The notes below the pieces were generated by a model. That model saw nothing but the letters and a program-made list of their open reading frames with translations, had not been told where the DNA came from and ran no database searches. Positions 47,447-55,958 of a stretch of 64,000 bases of DNA are shown here, piece after piece. Numbering within the stretch: the stretch's first letter is position 1; every line of letters begins with the position of its first letter. Source of the DNA: an uncultured Thalassospiraceae bacterium (lineage in GTDB: Bacteria; Pseudomonadota; Alphaproteobacteria; Rhodospirillales; JAPHRK01); the NCBI GenBank assembly GCA_965368165.1, contig CBDULT010000012.1, forward strand, positions 65,349-129,348, in the 5' to 3' direction. Made by a program: the position numbers and the translations under genes.

Positions 47447-48516
47447 TAGGCTTGCTCTTTGCCTGCGGATTTTCCTTTACCATTACCGATCGGTGCTTTT
47501 TCGTAACGTGCTCCTTGGCGACGCTTGTTTTCTACTTTTTCGTATGCATTGACAATACGGGCAACCAAGGCATGACGGACCACGTCTTTTTCGGTAAAAG
47601 CATGCATGGAAACCCCTTTAACCCCCTCAAGAATTTCAGTGGCATCACGCAGTCCAGAACGGGTACCACTCGGCAAATCAACTTGGCTCAAATCGCCTGT
47701 AATTACCATGGAGGAGCCATCGCCGAGGCGGGTCAAAAACATCTTCATCTGAACGGCTGTGGTATTTTGGGCCTCGTCAAGAATGACAAAGGCGTTGGAC
47801 AGGGTGCGTCCACGCATAAAGGCAAGAGGGGCGACTTCAATTTCGCCGTTCTCAAGTTTTTTGGTCACCTGATCATCCGGCAGCATATCGTAAAGTGCAT
47901 CATAAAGGGGCCTGAGATAAGGGTCGACTTTCTCTTGCATATCACCGGGCAGGAAACCAAGTTGTTCACCTGCTTCAACAGCGGGGCGCGAAAGAATAAT
48001 GCGGTCAACCTGGCCGTTAATAAGGCGTTCCACAGCTTTTGCGACGGCTAAATAGGTTTTCCCGGTTCCCGCTGGACCGGTGCCAAAAACAAGATCACTT
48101 TTGTCCATGCCCTTAAGATACTCAGCTTGAATGGCTGTCCGGGGAGAGACTGTTTTCTTGCGGGTTTTGATAACAATATGGGAAGCTTCAGTAAGGGTGG
48201 CTTTGGCGTCCCCCGTGGTTTCTTCTCCGTACATGGCAAACCGCAGAGCGGCCTCGACCTCCTGTTTACCAACTTCTTGACCTTTTTCGAGGTCTTTATA
48301 AAGACTTTTTAGAACAACCTGAGCTGTTTCAACAGAGGCGGCTTCCCCTTGAATTGAAACCTGATTTCCTCGTGAATTCAGGGCCAAATTAAGCTTGCTT
48401 TCAATAAGAGCAAGATGGCTGTTGTGAATACCAAAAAGAGACAACAAAAGACTATTGTCGTCAAATTCCATAATGTGAGAAAAGGCGGTGTCTTGAGGAT
48501 TTTTAGGTGTCGTCAA
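47446..48516 (-). CDS. phoH: PhoH-family ATPase
   Basis: Walker A GPAGTGKTYLAVA, ILDEAQN, GDLSQVDLP. Confidence 0.94.
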   Translation of the reverse strand: MTTPKNPQDTAFSHIMEFDDNSLLLSLFGIHNSHLALIESKLNLALNSRGNQVSIQGEAASVETAQVVLKSLYKDLEKGQEVGKQEVEAALRFAMYGEETTGDAKATLTEASHIVIKTRKKTVSPRTAIQAEYLKGMDKSDLVFGTGPAGTGKTYLAVAKAVERLINGQVDRIILSRPAVEAGEQLGFLPGDMQEKVDPYLRPLYDALYDMLPDDQVTKKLENGEIEVAPLAFMRGRTLSNAFVILDEAQNTTAVQMKMFLTRLGDGSSMVITGDLSQVDLPSGTRSGLRDATEILEGVKGVSMHAFTEKDVVRHALVARIVNAYEKVENKRRQGARYEKAPIGNGKGKSAGKEQA

Positions 48517-49886
48517 GCGCAGGCTCCCATATCAAGGCTGGTTGAATTTTGGGTGTTGGTTGATTCGCCAGAAAGGCTGTTGGCTGAACCACTGATTATT
48601 TTAAGATCGGCGATTGAACCCTTAAGGCTTTGGGGGGCAGTGACATAAACGGGCTGCATATAGGGGCTGCGACCGACGAGTTGCCCTTCATTGCGTCCAT
48701 CGCGGTCTAAGAGGACGGGGAGGGTTTTACCGACGCATCCTTCATTAAATTCGACTTGGAGATCGGTCAGGAGTGCCTGGAGCAGAGTGAGACGTTCTGA
48801 TTTTACGGCCTCCTCCACTTGATTTTCCATAGTTACCGCCGGAGTTCCAGGGCGAGGACTGAACTTAAAAGAGAAGGCCTGAATGAATTTCATATCCTTT
48901 ATCAGGGCCATGGTATCTTCAAAGTCTTTATCCCGTTCACCGGGAAACCCGACAATGAAATCAGATGATAAGGCTAAGTCAGGTTGGGCCTGTTTCAGGC
49001 GCCGGGCCGTTTCACGATATTGTTCTGCATTATGGCCTCTGTTCATGGCTTTGAGAATGGGGTCGGCCCCACTTTGAACAGGTAAATGAAGGAAGGGCAT
49101 AAGCTGGGGCACCTCACCATGGGCGGCAATGAGGCTCTCGTCCATATCGGCGGGATGAGAAGTGGTATAACGGATACGGTCAATACCGTTCACCTCTGCC
49201 ACTTCGCGGATAAGGTCGCCTAAACCAAGGGTGCCGCCTTGAACAGAGGTGCCGTGGTAGGCATTGACATTTTGCCCAAGCAGGGTGATTTCCCGGACCC
49301 CATCGTCGGCCAATTTTTTAGTTTCATCGATAATCGCACTGACCGGGCGAGAAAACTCTGCGCCACGGGTATAAGGCACCACACAATAGGTGCAAAACTT
49401 ATCGCACCCTTCCTGAACTGAAAGGAAGGCACTGGTTTCCCCCCCGCCTTTTGGAGAGGGCAAGTGGTCAAATTTTGTTTCGGTTGGAAATTCTAAATCG
49501 AGAACCCCGCCCCCGGCCCTGGTAGCTTTCGCGACCATTTCAGGCAGACGGTGATAGGTTTGCGGGCCGAAAACCATGTCCACATAGGGGGCGCGACGGG
49601 TGATTTCTTTTCCGGCTGCCTGGGCCACACAACCGGCAACGGCAATAATGGTGTTCTTGCCTTCTTTGGCACGGCGGGATTTGTGGACTTTGATACGCCC
49701 GAGTTCTGAGAAAACTTTTTCAGCGGCTTTTTCGCGAATGTGGCAAGTGTTGAGAATAACCATATCGGCATCGTTGGGCTCATCCACAGCTTCATAGCCG
49801 AGGGGCAACAAAACGTCAGTCATTCTTTGAGAGTCATAGACATTCATCTGACAGCCAAAGGTTTTGATATGTAATTTCTTGCTCAC
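48513..49886 (-). CDS. miaB: tRNA-i6A37 methylthiotransferase MiaB
   Basis: KTFGCQMNVYDS, radical-SAM CDKFCTYCVVPYTRG, TRAM domain. GTG start. Confidence 0.96.
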   Translation of the reverse strand: MSKKLHIKTFGCQMNVYDSQRMTDVLLPLGYEAVDEPNDADMVILNTCHIREKAAEKVFSELGRIKVHKSRRAKEGKNTIIAVAGCVAQAAGKEITRRAPYVDMVFGPQTYHRLPEMVAKATRAGGGVLDLEFPTETKFDHLPSPKGGGETSAFLSVQEGCDKFCTYCVVPYTRGAEFSRPVSAIIDETKKLADDGVREITLLGQNVNAYHGTSVQGGTLGLGDLIREVAEVNGIDRIRYTTSHPADMDESLIAAHGEVPQLMPFLHLPVQSGADPILKAMNRGHNAEQYRETARRLKQAQPDLALSSDFIVGFPGERDKDFEDTMALIKDMKFIQAFSFKFSPRPGTPAVTMENQVEEAVKSERLTLLQALLTDLQVEFNEGCVGKTLPVLLDRDGRNEGQLVGRSPYMQPVYVTAPQSLKGSIADLKIISGSANSLSGESTNTQNSTSLDMGACA

Positions 49887-49969
49887 GAGGTCACCCCATT
49901 ATCTTTCTCAAGGGGTGCGGGAATAGTCATCAGAGGGTGATGAGTCAAGGTGTCACCATAGGGGTCAGG

Positions 49970-50389
49970 TCAGCCTTTCTTGATCGGGGTGCCATATAGC
50001 TCTAGGCGATGGCCCACGAGATCAAAGCCGAATTCTTTGGCAATCTTATGTTGTAGGGCTTCAATTTCTTCGTTGGTGAATTCAATGACTTTGCCGGATT
50101 GAACGTCGATGAGGTGGTCGTGGTGGTTTTCGGAGACCTCTTCGTATCTGGCGCGCCCATCTCCGAAGTCTAATCGTTCCAGAATGTTAGCTTCTTCAAA
50201 AAGACGCACGGTACGATACACGGTGGCGATGCTGATTTTGGGGTCAATATCGCTTGATCTTTTATAAACTTCTTCAACATCAGGATGGTCATCAGATTCA
50301 GACAAGACACGAGCAATCACTCGACGCTGCTCGGTCATCTTCATGCCTTTATCTATGCACATCCGTTCAATTCTGGACGGCGTTGACAT
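49970..50389 (-). CDS. fur: Fur-family metalloregulator (Fur/Mur type)
   Basis: MTEQRRVIARVL, IATVYRTVRLFEEANIL, HHDHLIDV. Confidence 0.9.
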   Translation of the reverse strand: MSTPSRIERMCIDKGMKMTEQRRVIARVLSESDDHPDVEEVYKRSSDIDPKISIATVYRTVRLFEEANILERLDFGDGRARYEEVSENHHDHLIDVQSGKVIEFTNEEIEALQHKIAKEFGFDLVGHRLELYGTPIKKG

Positions 50390-50527
50390 CTAATCCCCCT
50401 GAAAAATACAACATACCAACTACTTTACATATAATATCACACTGATAAAGTATGCGCCCCCTTGCAAGAAAAACAAGAGGGTGAAATGCAAATAGTTCTT
50501 AATGTTAAGGATTATTTGAAAAAAAAG

Positions 50528-50941
50528 CTAGCCCCGACGCTTGCGGGATTTGGTGCCAAGCCCAATTTTCTTCGCCAGACTACTGCGATGGGCGGCATAG
50601 TTTGGGGCCACCATTGGGTAATCAGACGGTAAGCCCCAACGCTCACGATATTCATCTGGATTCATGTCATAAGCTGTTTTGAGATGACGCTTTAGCATTT
50701 TAAGCTTTTTACCGTCTTCAAGGCAGACAATAAAATCAGGTGTTACAGATTTACGAATAGAAACTGCAGGCTGTGGACGCTCTGGCGTTGCAGAAACGGT
50801 TCCCAGGTTGGAAAGAGTACTGTATATATCTCGGATTAACTGAGGAAGGTCTGCAAGGGCGACGGTATTGTTTGCGACATGAGCTGACACTACTTCCGTC
50901 GTTAGTTCTAATAACTCACCCTTATTGATTTGATCAGTCAT
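50528..50941 (-). CDS. mucR: MucR/Ros family transcriptional regulator
   Basis: IVCLEDGKKLKMLKRHLKTAYDMNPDEYRERWGLPSDYPMVAPNYA. Confidence 0.93.
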   Translation of the reverse strand: MTDQINKGELLELTTEVVSAHVANNTVALADLPQLIRDIYSTLSNLGTVSATPERPQPAVSIRKSVTPDFIVCLEDGKKLKMLKRHLKTAYDMNPDEYRERWGLPSDYPMVAPNYAAHRSSLAKKIGLGTKSRKRRG

Positions 50942-50999
50942 TTAAGTTTTATCCTCAGTAATTTATTATTATACCACTTATAAAAGACAGGCTTCATTC

Positions 51000-51290
51000 A
51001 TGCAAGAATCAAATAAAGGAAATAAATCCAAAGATAGCGAAGATAATGATTTTGATTTCTTCCTGGATATTACCAATGAAGTCTGCCCTATGACTTTTGT
51101 GAAGACTAAGCTAATGCTTGAAAAGATGAATCCGGGGCAAATGGCTTTAGTACATTTAAAGGGAATAGAGCCTTTAAAGAACGTTCCTTTGTCAGTTAAA
51201 GAGCATGGCGACGAGATAATTTCCCTTGAAAATAAAAAAGGTGGTGACGACCCAGAAGCCGTTCACCACCTTGTTATTCGCAGGAATTAA
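51000..51290 (+). CDS. TusA/SirA-like sulfurtransferase family protein
   Basis: LDITNEVCPMTFVKTKLMLEKM (CPxP-type active Cys), with a charged N-terminal extension of about 20 aa. Confidence 0.6.
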   Translation: MQESNKGNKSKDSEDNDFDFFLDITNEVCPMTFVKTKLMLEKMNPGQMALVHLKGIEPLKNVPLSVKEHGDEIISLENKKGGDDPEAVHHLVIRRN

Positions 51291-51296
51291 ATGAGT

Positions 51297-52889
51297 TTAA
51301 TTTCTGGTAATATGGGCCAGGAAGTCATTCACGGACTCTTGAACCGAAGATGATTGCTCCGCCAGTTGGCTGGCGGCAATAAGAACTTCATTGGCTGCCG
51401 ACCCTGTTTGACCCACGGAAGCGGTCACCCCTGAAATATTGCTCGAAACATCGTTGGTATCAGAAGAAGCGCGATCAACATTAGAGGCAATCTCTTGAGT
51501 TGCTGCCCCTTGTTCTTCAACCGCTGAAGCAATTGCGGTTGAGACTTCACTAATATCGGCAATGGTGCGTTCAATTGATTGGATCGCTTCAACAGCCCCT
51601 TTGGTCTCATTCTGTACGCTGGAGATTTGCGCCCCGATTTCATCGGTGGCTTTGGCGGTTTGGTTGGCAAGGTTTTTAACTTCACTTGCCACCACGGCAA
51701 ACCCTTTGCCGGCATCCCCCGCCCGCGCCGCTTCAATGGTCGCATTGAGCGCTAACAAGTTGGTTTGTTCAGCAATGTCATTAATCAGGCTTACCACTTG
51801 ACTAATTTTTTCAGCGGCTTCCGCCAAGCCTTCAACTTGGGTGCTGGCCTGGCTGGCCTGTTGAACCGCTTCGGCGGCGATGCGGCTTGATGAGGCCGCC
51901 TGGGTACTGATTTCCTGAATAGAACTGCTGAGTTCTGTTGCTGCTCCTGCGACGGCCTGGACATTGCTAGAGGCTGCTTCGGCTGCTGACATCACCCTTC
52001 CCGCTTTGCTATCGGCATCATTGATTAATCCAGCCATGCCTTCCGACGTATTTTTCATGGTATGGGCAGCTTCAGAAACTTTATGGATCGCTTCACCTAC
52101 TTGGCTGCGGAACCGGTCCGCCATTTCCTGGGTTTCTTTTTTCTTTTGCTCTTCGCGGGCCTTGCGATTGGTTTCCCGTTCCTGGTCCATCTTGCTCATG
52201 CGTATAGCATTATCTTTAAAGACCTGAACGGCAGTCGCCATTTGGCCGACTTCGTCACTTCGGTCTTGGGCAGGGATATCTGCCTGATGATCACCAGAAG
52301 CAAGTTGGTTCATGGCAGATGTCATATCAAGCATTGGATGGATGATCATCCGTAAAATGAAAAAGACCGTGGTTAAGATGGCGGCTAACAAAATTAAGGA
52401 GGCCACTAGGCCCCAGCTTAACTGTTTGTTGCTGGATTGATTTAACAAAGTGTGAGAAAGTTGTAGAGTAAGGGTGCCGATCTTTTCGACCTTGCCATCT
52501 TCTTCGTGATTGATGTTGGCTGAAAAATTACTGAAGGCCCCTTTCTCAAGCATTTCCCCGAATGTGGCGATTTCCTCGCCCTTTGCATCGACAACCCAGG
52601 CGGCTTGAAAAGAAGGGTCCTTACTAAGTGCCTCAACAAGAGCTTGAACGCTATCTGTTTCAAAATCCCAAATAGGACGTGCCATGGCATCAGCCTGTAA
52701 GGCAGCAACCAGGTTGCCCCTGGCGGCGAGACTATTTGTCTCTTTACTGTTGTTGGACTGAACCATGACGGTTAGGGCAGCCCCAACAATAAAGATCATT
52801 GCGGTCGTAATGATAAGAAGGGACTTCGCAAAAATACTCATCCCCGCGTTTGGTTTATTAGTTTGTTCGGTCGTTTCTGTCTCGGACAT
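51297..52889 (-). CDS. Methyl-accepting chemotaxis protein
   Basis: Two TM helices flank a periplasmic region of about 130 aa, followed by HAMP and the conserved signalling hairpin ([36 protein letters not shown]). Confidence 0.93.
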   Translation of the reverse strand: MSETETTEQTNKPNAGMSIFAKSLLIITTAMIFIVGAALTVMVQSNNSKETNSLAARGNLVAALQADAMARPIWDFETDSVQALVEALSKDPSFQAAWVVDAKGEEIATFGEMLEKGAFSNFSANINHEEDGKVEKIGTLTLQLSHTLLNQSSNKQLSWGLVASLILLAAILTTVFFILRMIIHPMLDMTSAMNQLASGDHQADIPAQDRSDEVGQMATAVQVFKDNAIRMSKMDQERETNRKAREEQKKKETQEMADRFRSQVGEAIHKVSEAAHTMKNTSEGMAGLINDADSKAGRVMSAAEAASSNVQAVAGAATELSSSIQEISTQAASSSRIAAEAVQQASQASTQVEGLAEAAEKISQVVSLINDIAEQTNLLALNATIEAARAGDAGKGFAVVASEVKNLANQTAKATDEIGAQISSVQNETKGAVEAIQSIERTIADISEVSTAIASAVEEQGAATQEIASNVDRASSDTNDVSSNISGVTASVGQTGSAANEVLIAASQLAEQSSSVQESVNDFLAHITRN

Positions 52890-53011
52890 AATCCATCCCC
52901 ACTAAAACTGTATTATGCAGTTTATCTAGCCCCTGCTGTCTGTGGCTAAGCGATAAAAAGATAGCTGGGGAAGACGTCATGACGCCTTCCCCAATCACAA
53001 AACGTTTAGGT

Positions 53012-53740
53012 TTATTTATACTCACCCAAGAGGGGACCCATAATTTTTGCATATTCGCCAGAGGCGACAAGTTTGTCCATGCCAGCTTGTAAGTACTTGT
53101 CTGTTTCCCCGCCTTTTTGGCCTTTAGGCAAAATGGCACGAACCTCAAAGGATTGATAAAGCTGACGTTCGATATTTGTCAGTTTAAGCTTTTCAACCAG
53201 AGAATCCATTTCCAACATGGCAAAGATGAAGCCATCAATACGTCCGGCATTAACTTTCTTCATGCTAGATTCAAAGTTGGATGAGCCTTTGATATTAAAA
53301 GGGAAATATCGGGTGTGGGCAATGCTTGTTTCAATTTTTTTGGTGGCGAGATTTTCAAGAGTGACGCCCGCACCTTTGGTTGAATAGAGGACGAAGTGAA
53401 CTTTGAAAAACATCGCGTCTGACAGATCGAAAGGCAGAGAAGCGGGGTCTGTTTTTGGGTCTTCGAGTTCTGGTAAGTGATAGGCGGCTTTGCCTTGTAA
53501 AACATTATCAATAGAACGTGGGAATGGGAAAACGCCAATTTCTGAGGAACTCCCCATAACTTTATCGATGGCTTTTACCATATCGACCAAAATACCTTTG
53601 TCTTTGGTCTCAGCTAATACGGGGAGATGACCAAAGGACATAACACGATCAGCGGCCTGGGCAGAAGGTGCGGTGGAAAGGCTAACGGCTAGAAGGGAGA
53701 AGGCTCCCGCAATAAAACTTAAATTCTTTGAAATACGCAT
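53012..53740 (-). CDS. Periplasmic solute-binding protein (family-3 / PBP2-like), orphan
   Basis: Signal peptide MRISKNLSFIAGAFSLLAVSLSTAPSAQA. About 215-aa mature protein with PBP2-like blocks (NAGRIDGFIFAMLEMD). No permease or ATPase nearby. Confidence 0.5.
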   Translation of the reverse strand: MRISKNLSFIAGAFSLLAVSLSTAPSAQAADRVMSFGHLPVLAETKDKGILVDMVKAIDKVMGSSSEIGVFPFPRSIDNVLQGKAAYHLPELEDPKTDPASLPFDLSDAMFFKVHFVLYSTKGAGVTLENLATKKIETSIAHTRYFPFNIKGSSNFESSMKKVNAGRIDGFIFAMLEMDSLVEKLKLTNIERQLYQSFEVRAILPKGQKGGETDKYLQAGMDKLVASGEYAKIMGPLLGEYK

Positions 53741-54165
53741 TTTTTGCTTCCTCTGTTTTGATATCTATTGGCCGCCAATTAACCGTGGCAAAGCTCAACT
53801 AGAAAAGATAATTTTATTATTTTAATTGCTGAGTATGAGATTCGCATCCAGGACTGCCCCCATACTTCATGACTTATTAGATCAAAGCCTAATTTAAGCA
53901 AAAAATATGATCAAGCGGAATTCAGTATACCCCTATATACCAAAGGATAATTCAAGTAGATTGATTTGATGGACAAATAGTTGGAATTCAAACGTTTATC
54001 TGCTTGATCCTCCCCCTTTTTGAAGAATATTATGGTAGTAATTATCTTCAATAAACTCGAAGAGGGGCTTTGGATTGCAGGTGAAAAAACTCTTCTAGAG
54101 ATAAAATTTCTAGTTGAAATGCCCCGAATCGTCATTCTTGGCTTTAAAATTTGCTGCTCTTCCTG

Positions 54166-54621
54166 TTAAAGCACTATCTTTAAAATTAGAGCATCTTCAC
54201 GCTGGCCATCGGCGCGTTTGTAGTAGTTTTTTCTTAAACCCACCTGATTAAAACCATCCTTAAGATAAAGTTCTTTTGCCGCTTTGTTGGTTGCTGCCAC
54301 TTCTAGCAGCATTTCCGAGGCGTTTTGCTTTGTTGCCGTTGTTTTTGCTTCATGCAGAAGCCTGGAAGCAATTCCTAACCTTTGGTTTTGGCGTAAAACT
54401 CCAAGGGTGATCACTTCGCTTTCAACGCCTGCGACCCGACAGATAATAAAACCAACAGCTTGGTCTTTGAGGGTGGCAACAAAGGAAAAGGCTCCCGGCA
54501 TAACAAGCAGCTCTTTCAGGTCCTTTTCGCACCATCCTTGATCAAAGCAATCGTAATGGATGGCTTCATAAACAGCCGCAAAGGGGACCCCTCCAGGGCT
54601 GATTTGCAGCGTGCTGCTCAT
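54166..54621 (-). CDS. rimI: Ribosomal-protein-alanine N-acetyltransferase (GNAT)
   Basis: GNAT motif A (VLRQNQRLGIASRLL). 4-nt overlap with tsaB, the usual tsaB-rimI pairing. Confidence 0.85.
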   Translation of the reverse strand: MSSTLQISPGGVPFAAVYEAIHYDCFDQGWCEKDLKELLVMPGAFSFVATLKDQAVGFIICRVAGVESEVITLGVLRQNQRLGIASRLLHEAKTTATKQNASEMLLEVAATNKAAKELYLKDGFNQVGLRKNYYKRADGQREDALILKIVL

Positions 54622-55292
54622 GGGCGCAACCGCCCCCCATTTTTAGGTAGGGCTGCGTCAGGCGGCCGAATGTAAAGCGGTGTCACTTCGTTGCCCTGTT
54701 TGGGGAGTCCGCCTTGTTCTGCCAGTTGGGCGACGACGGCGGCATCGGGATAGCCGCTGGCTTTTGAAAGGGTGGCATCGGGGAAGAGAGCTTGGACCCG
54801 TTCTGCATAATCCCCGACGATAAGTAGCGGTGCTTTTCCGGTAAGGGCTAGTAGGGCTTCCGGTAAAATAGCCTGAGGCTCAGAAGTTGGGTTGAGCTGG
54901 CTATCAAAGCTTTGGGCATAAACATCTGATCGTTTGGCATCGAGCACTACCAAGACCTCTTTGTCATGACACTCTTCTTGCTCAATGCCGTGAGCAACAG
55001 CCTCCATGGTGGTGACCCCAATAAGGGGAAGTTTCGCCGCTAAAGCCAAAGCGCGTGCCGTTGACAAGCCAATACGCATCCCCGTGAAAGCACCAGGACC
55101 GATGGTGACGGCTAGAGCATCTAGTTCTTCAAATGTGGCCTTCGCTTCTTCCAGGCATTGCAACACCATGGGCAACAAAGCCTCTGATTGCCCGCGAGGC
55201 ATGACCTCAAAAAGACGTGCTTGTATCTCACCATCGTAACTTACAGCGACAGAACAGGCATTTGTGGCAGTGTCTAGGGCTAGGATTTTCAT
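54618..55292 (-). CDS. tsaB: tRNA t6A37 biosynthesis protein TsaB
   Basis: MKILALDTATNACSVAV, GPGAFTGMRIGLSTA. Confidence 0.92.
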   Translation of the reverse strand: MKILALDTATNACSVAVSYDGEIQARLFEVMPRGQSEALLPMVLQCLEEAKATFEELDALAVTIGPGAFTGMRIGLSTARALALAAKLPLIGVTTMEAVAHGIEQEECHDKEVLVVLDAKRSDVYAQSFDSQLNPTSEPQAILPEALLALTGKAPLLIVGDYAERVQALFPDATLSKASGYPDAAVVAQLAEQGGLPKQGNEVTPLYIRPPDAALPKNGGRLRP

Positions 55293-55345
55293 ACCTACAG
55301 GGTATACTGGTTTTATTATCCTGCCAAAAGAGGAAAGACGCGCAA

Positions 55346-55903
55346 ATGGATTTAGTCGAAATCACCGAAGAGACGCACGGCGTCCAGCTTGATTTAAAAT
55401 ATGCTACCGAAGACAATTTTACCGAGGAGCCCATCTATTCCCGCGCCGTCTGCTATCTCCACCCCACGGCCGAAGCCAAGCTCATCAAAGCCAAAGAGTT
55501 AGCTGCTGACATGGGTTATGGACTTAAAATATTCGACGCCTACCGCCCCACCGAAGCCCAATGGGAGCTGTGGAACCACACGCCCGACCCGGATTTTCTC
55601 TCCGACCCAAGACGCGGTTCCCCCCACAGCCGAGGCGTCGCTGTTGATTTAACCTTGTTGGATGAGAACGGTGAAGAAATCAACATGGGCACCAAATTCG
55701 ACTTCTTCGACCCCACCAGCCACCACGGCAACCGAGAGATCGGCAGTGAGGCCCTCAAAAACCGCTCAATCCTGTTGGGACTAATGACAGCGGCAGGCTG
55801 GGACTGTTTCATGAATGAATGGTGGCACTACCAACTCTTCCTCCCAAGAACCTATCCACTGGTGAGCGATAAGGCATTGGATGTTGGGATGATGGGGGAA
55901 TAA
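55346..55903 (+). CDS. ddpX: D-alanyl-D-alanine dipeptidase (VanX/DdpX, M15D)
   Basis: LDLKYATEDNF, IFDAYRP, GSPHSRGVAVDLTL, EWWHY. I prefer the ATG at 55346. The ORF-track start at 55217 would overlap tsaB. Confidence 0.88.
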   Translation: MDLVEITEETHGVQLDLKYATEDNFTEEPIYSRAVCYLHPTAEAKLIKAKELAADMGYGLKIFDAYRPTEAQWELWNHTPDPDFLSDPRRGSPHSRGVAVDLTLLDENGEEINMGTKFDFFDPTSHHGNREIGSEALKNRSILLGLMTAAGWDCFMNEWWHYQLFLPRTYPLVSDKALDVGMMGE

Positions 55904-55932
55904 AAAAAGCCGGAGGCCCCCCCCGGCTTTTC
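55904..55932. terminator. Bidirectional terminator between ddpX and pheT
   Basis: AAAAGCCGG / CCGGCTTTT stem flanked by A- and T-runs. Confidence 0.7.
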
Positions 55933-55958
55933 TCAAAACTAAATTGGCGCGAAATTCC

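Noticed and set aside
47452-48051. 199-aa plus-strand ORF. Similar long antisense ORFs occur at 58769..59398, 31625..32179, 30102..30689, 32594..33085, 33254..33757, 38050..38538 and 9204..9725.
   Set aside because: All lie antisense within strongly supported housekeeping genes (phoH, pheS, pnp, the NMO-family gene, infB, hslU). None has an RBS or motif support.
53911-54135. 74-aa minus-strand ORF in the AT-rich gap.
   Set aside because: The peptide is AT-rich and low-complexity (IITTIIFFKKG..). There is no RBS and no recognisable family, so it is probably an artefact of base composition.
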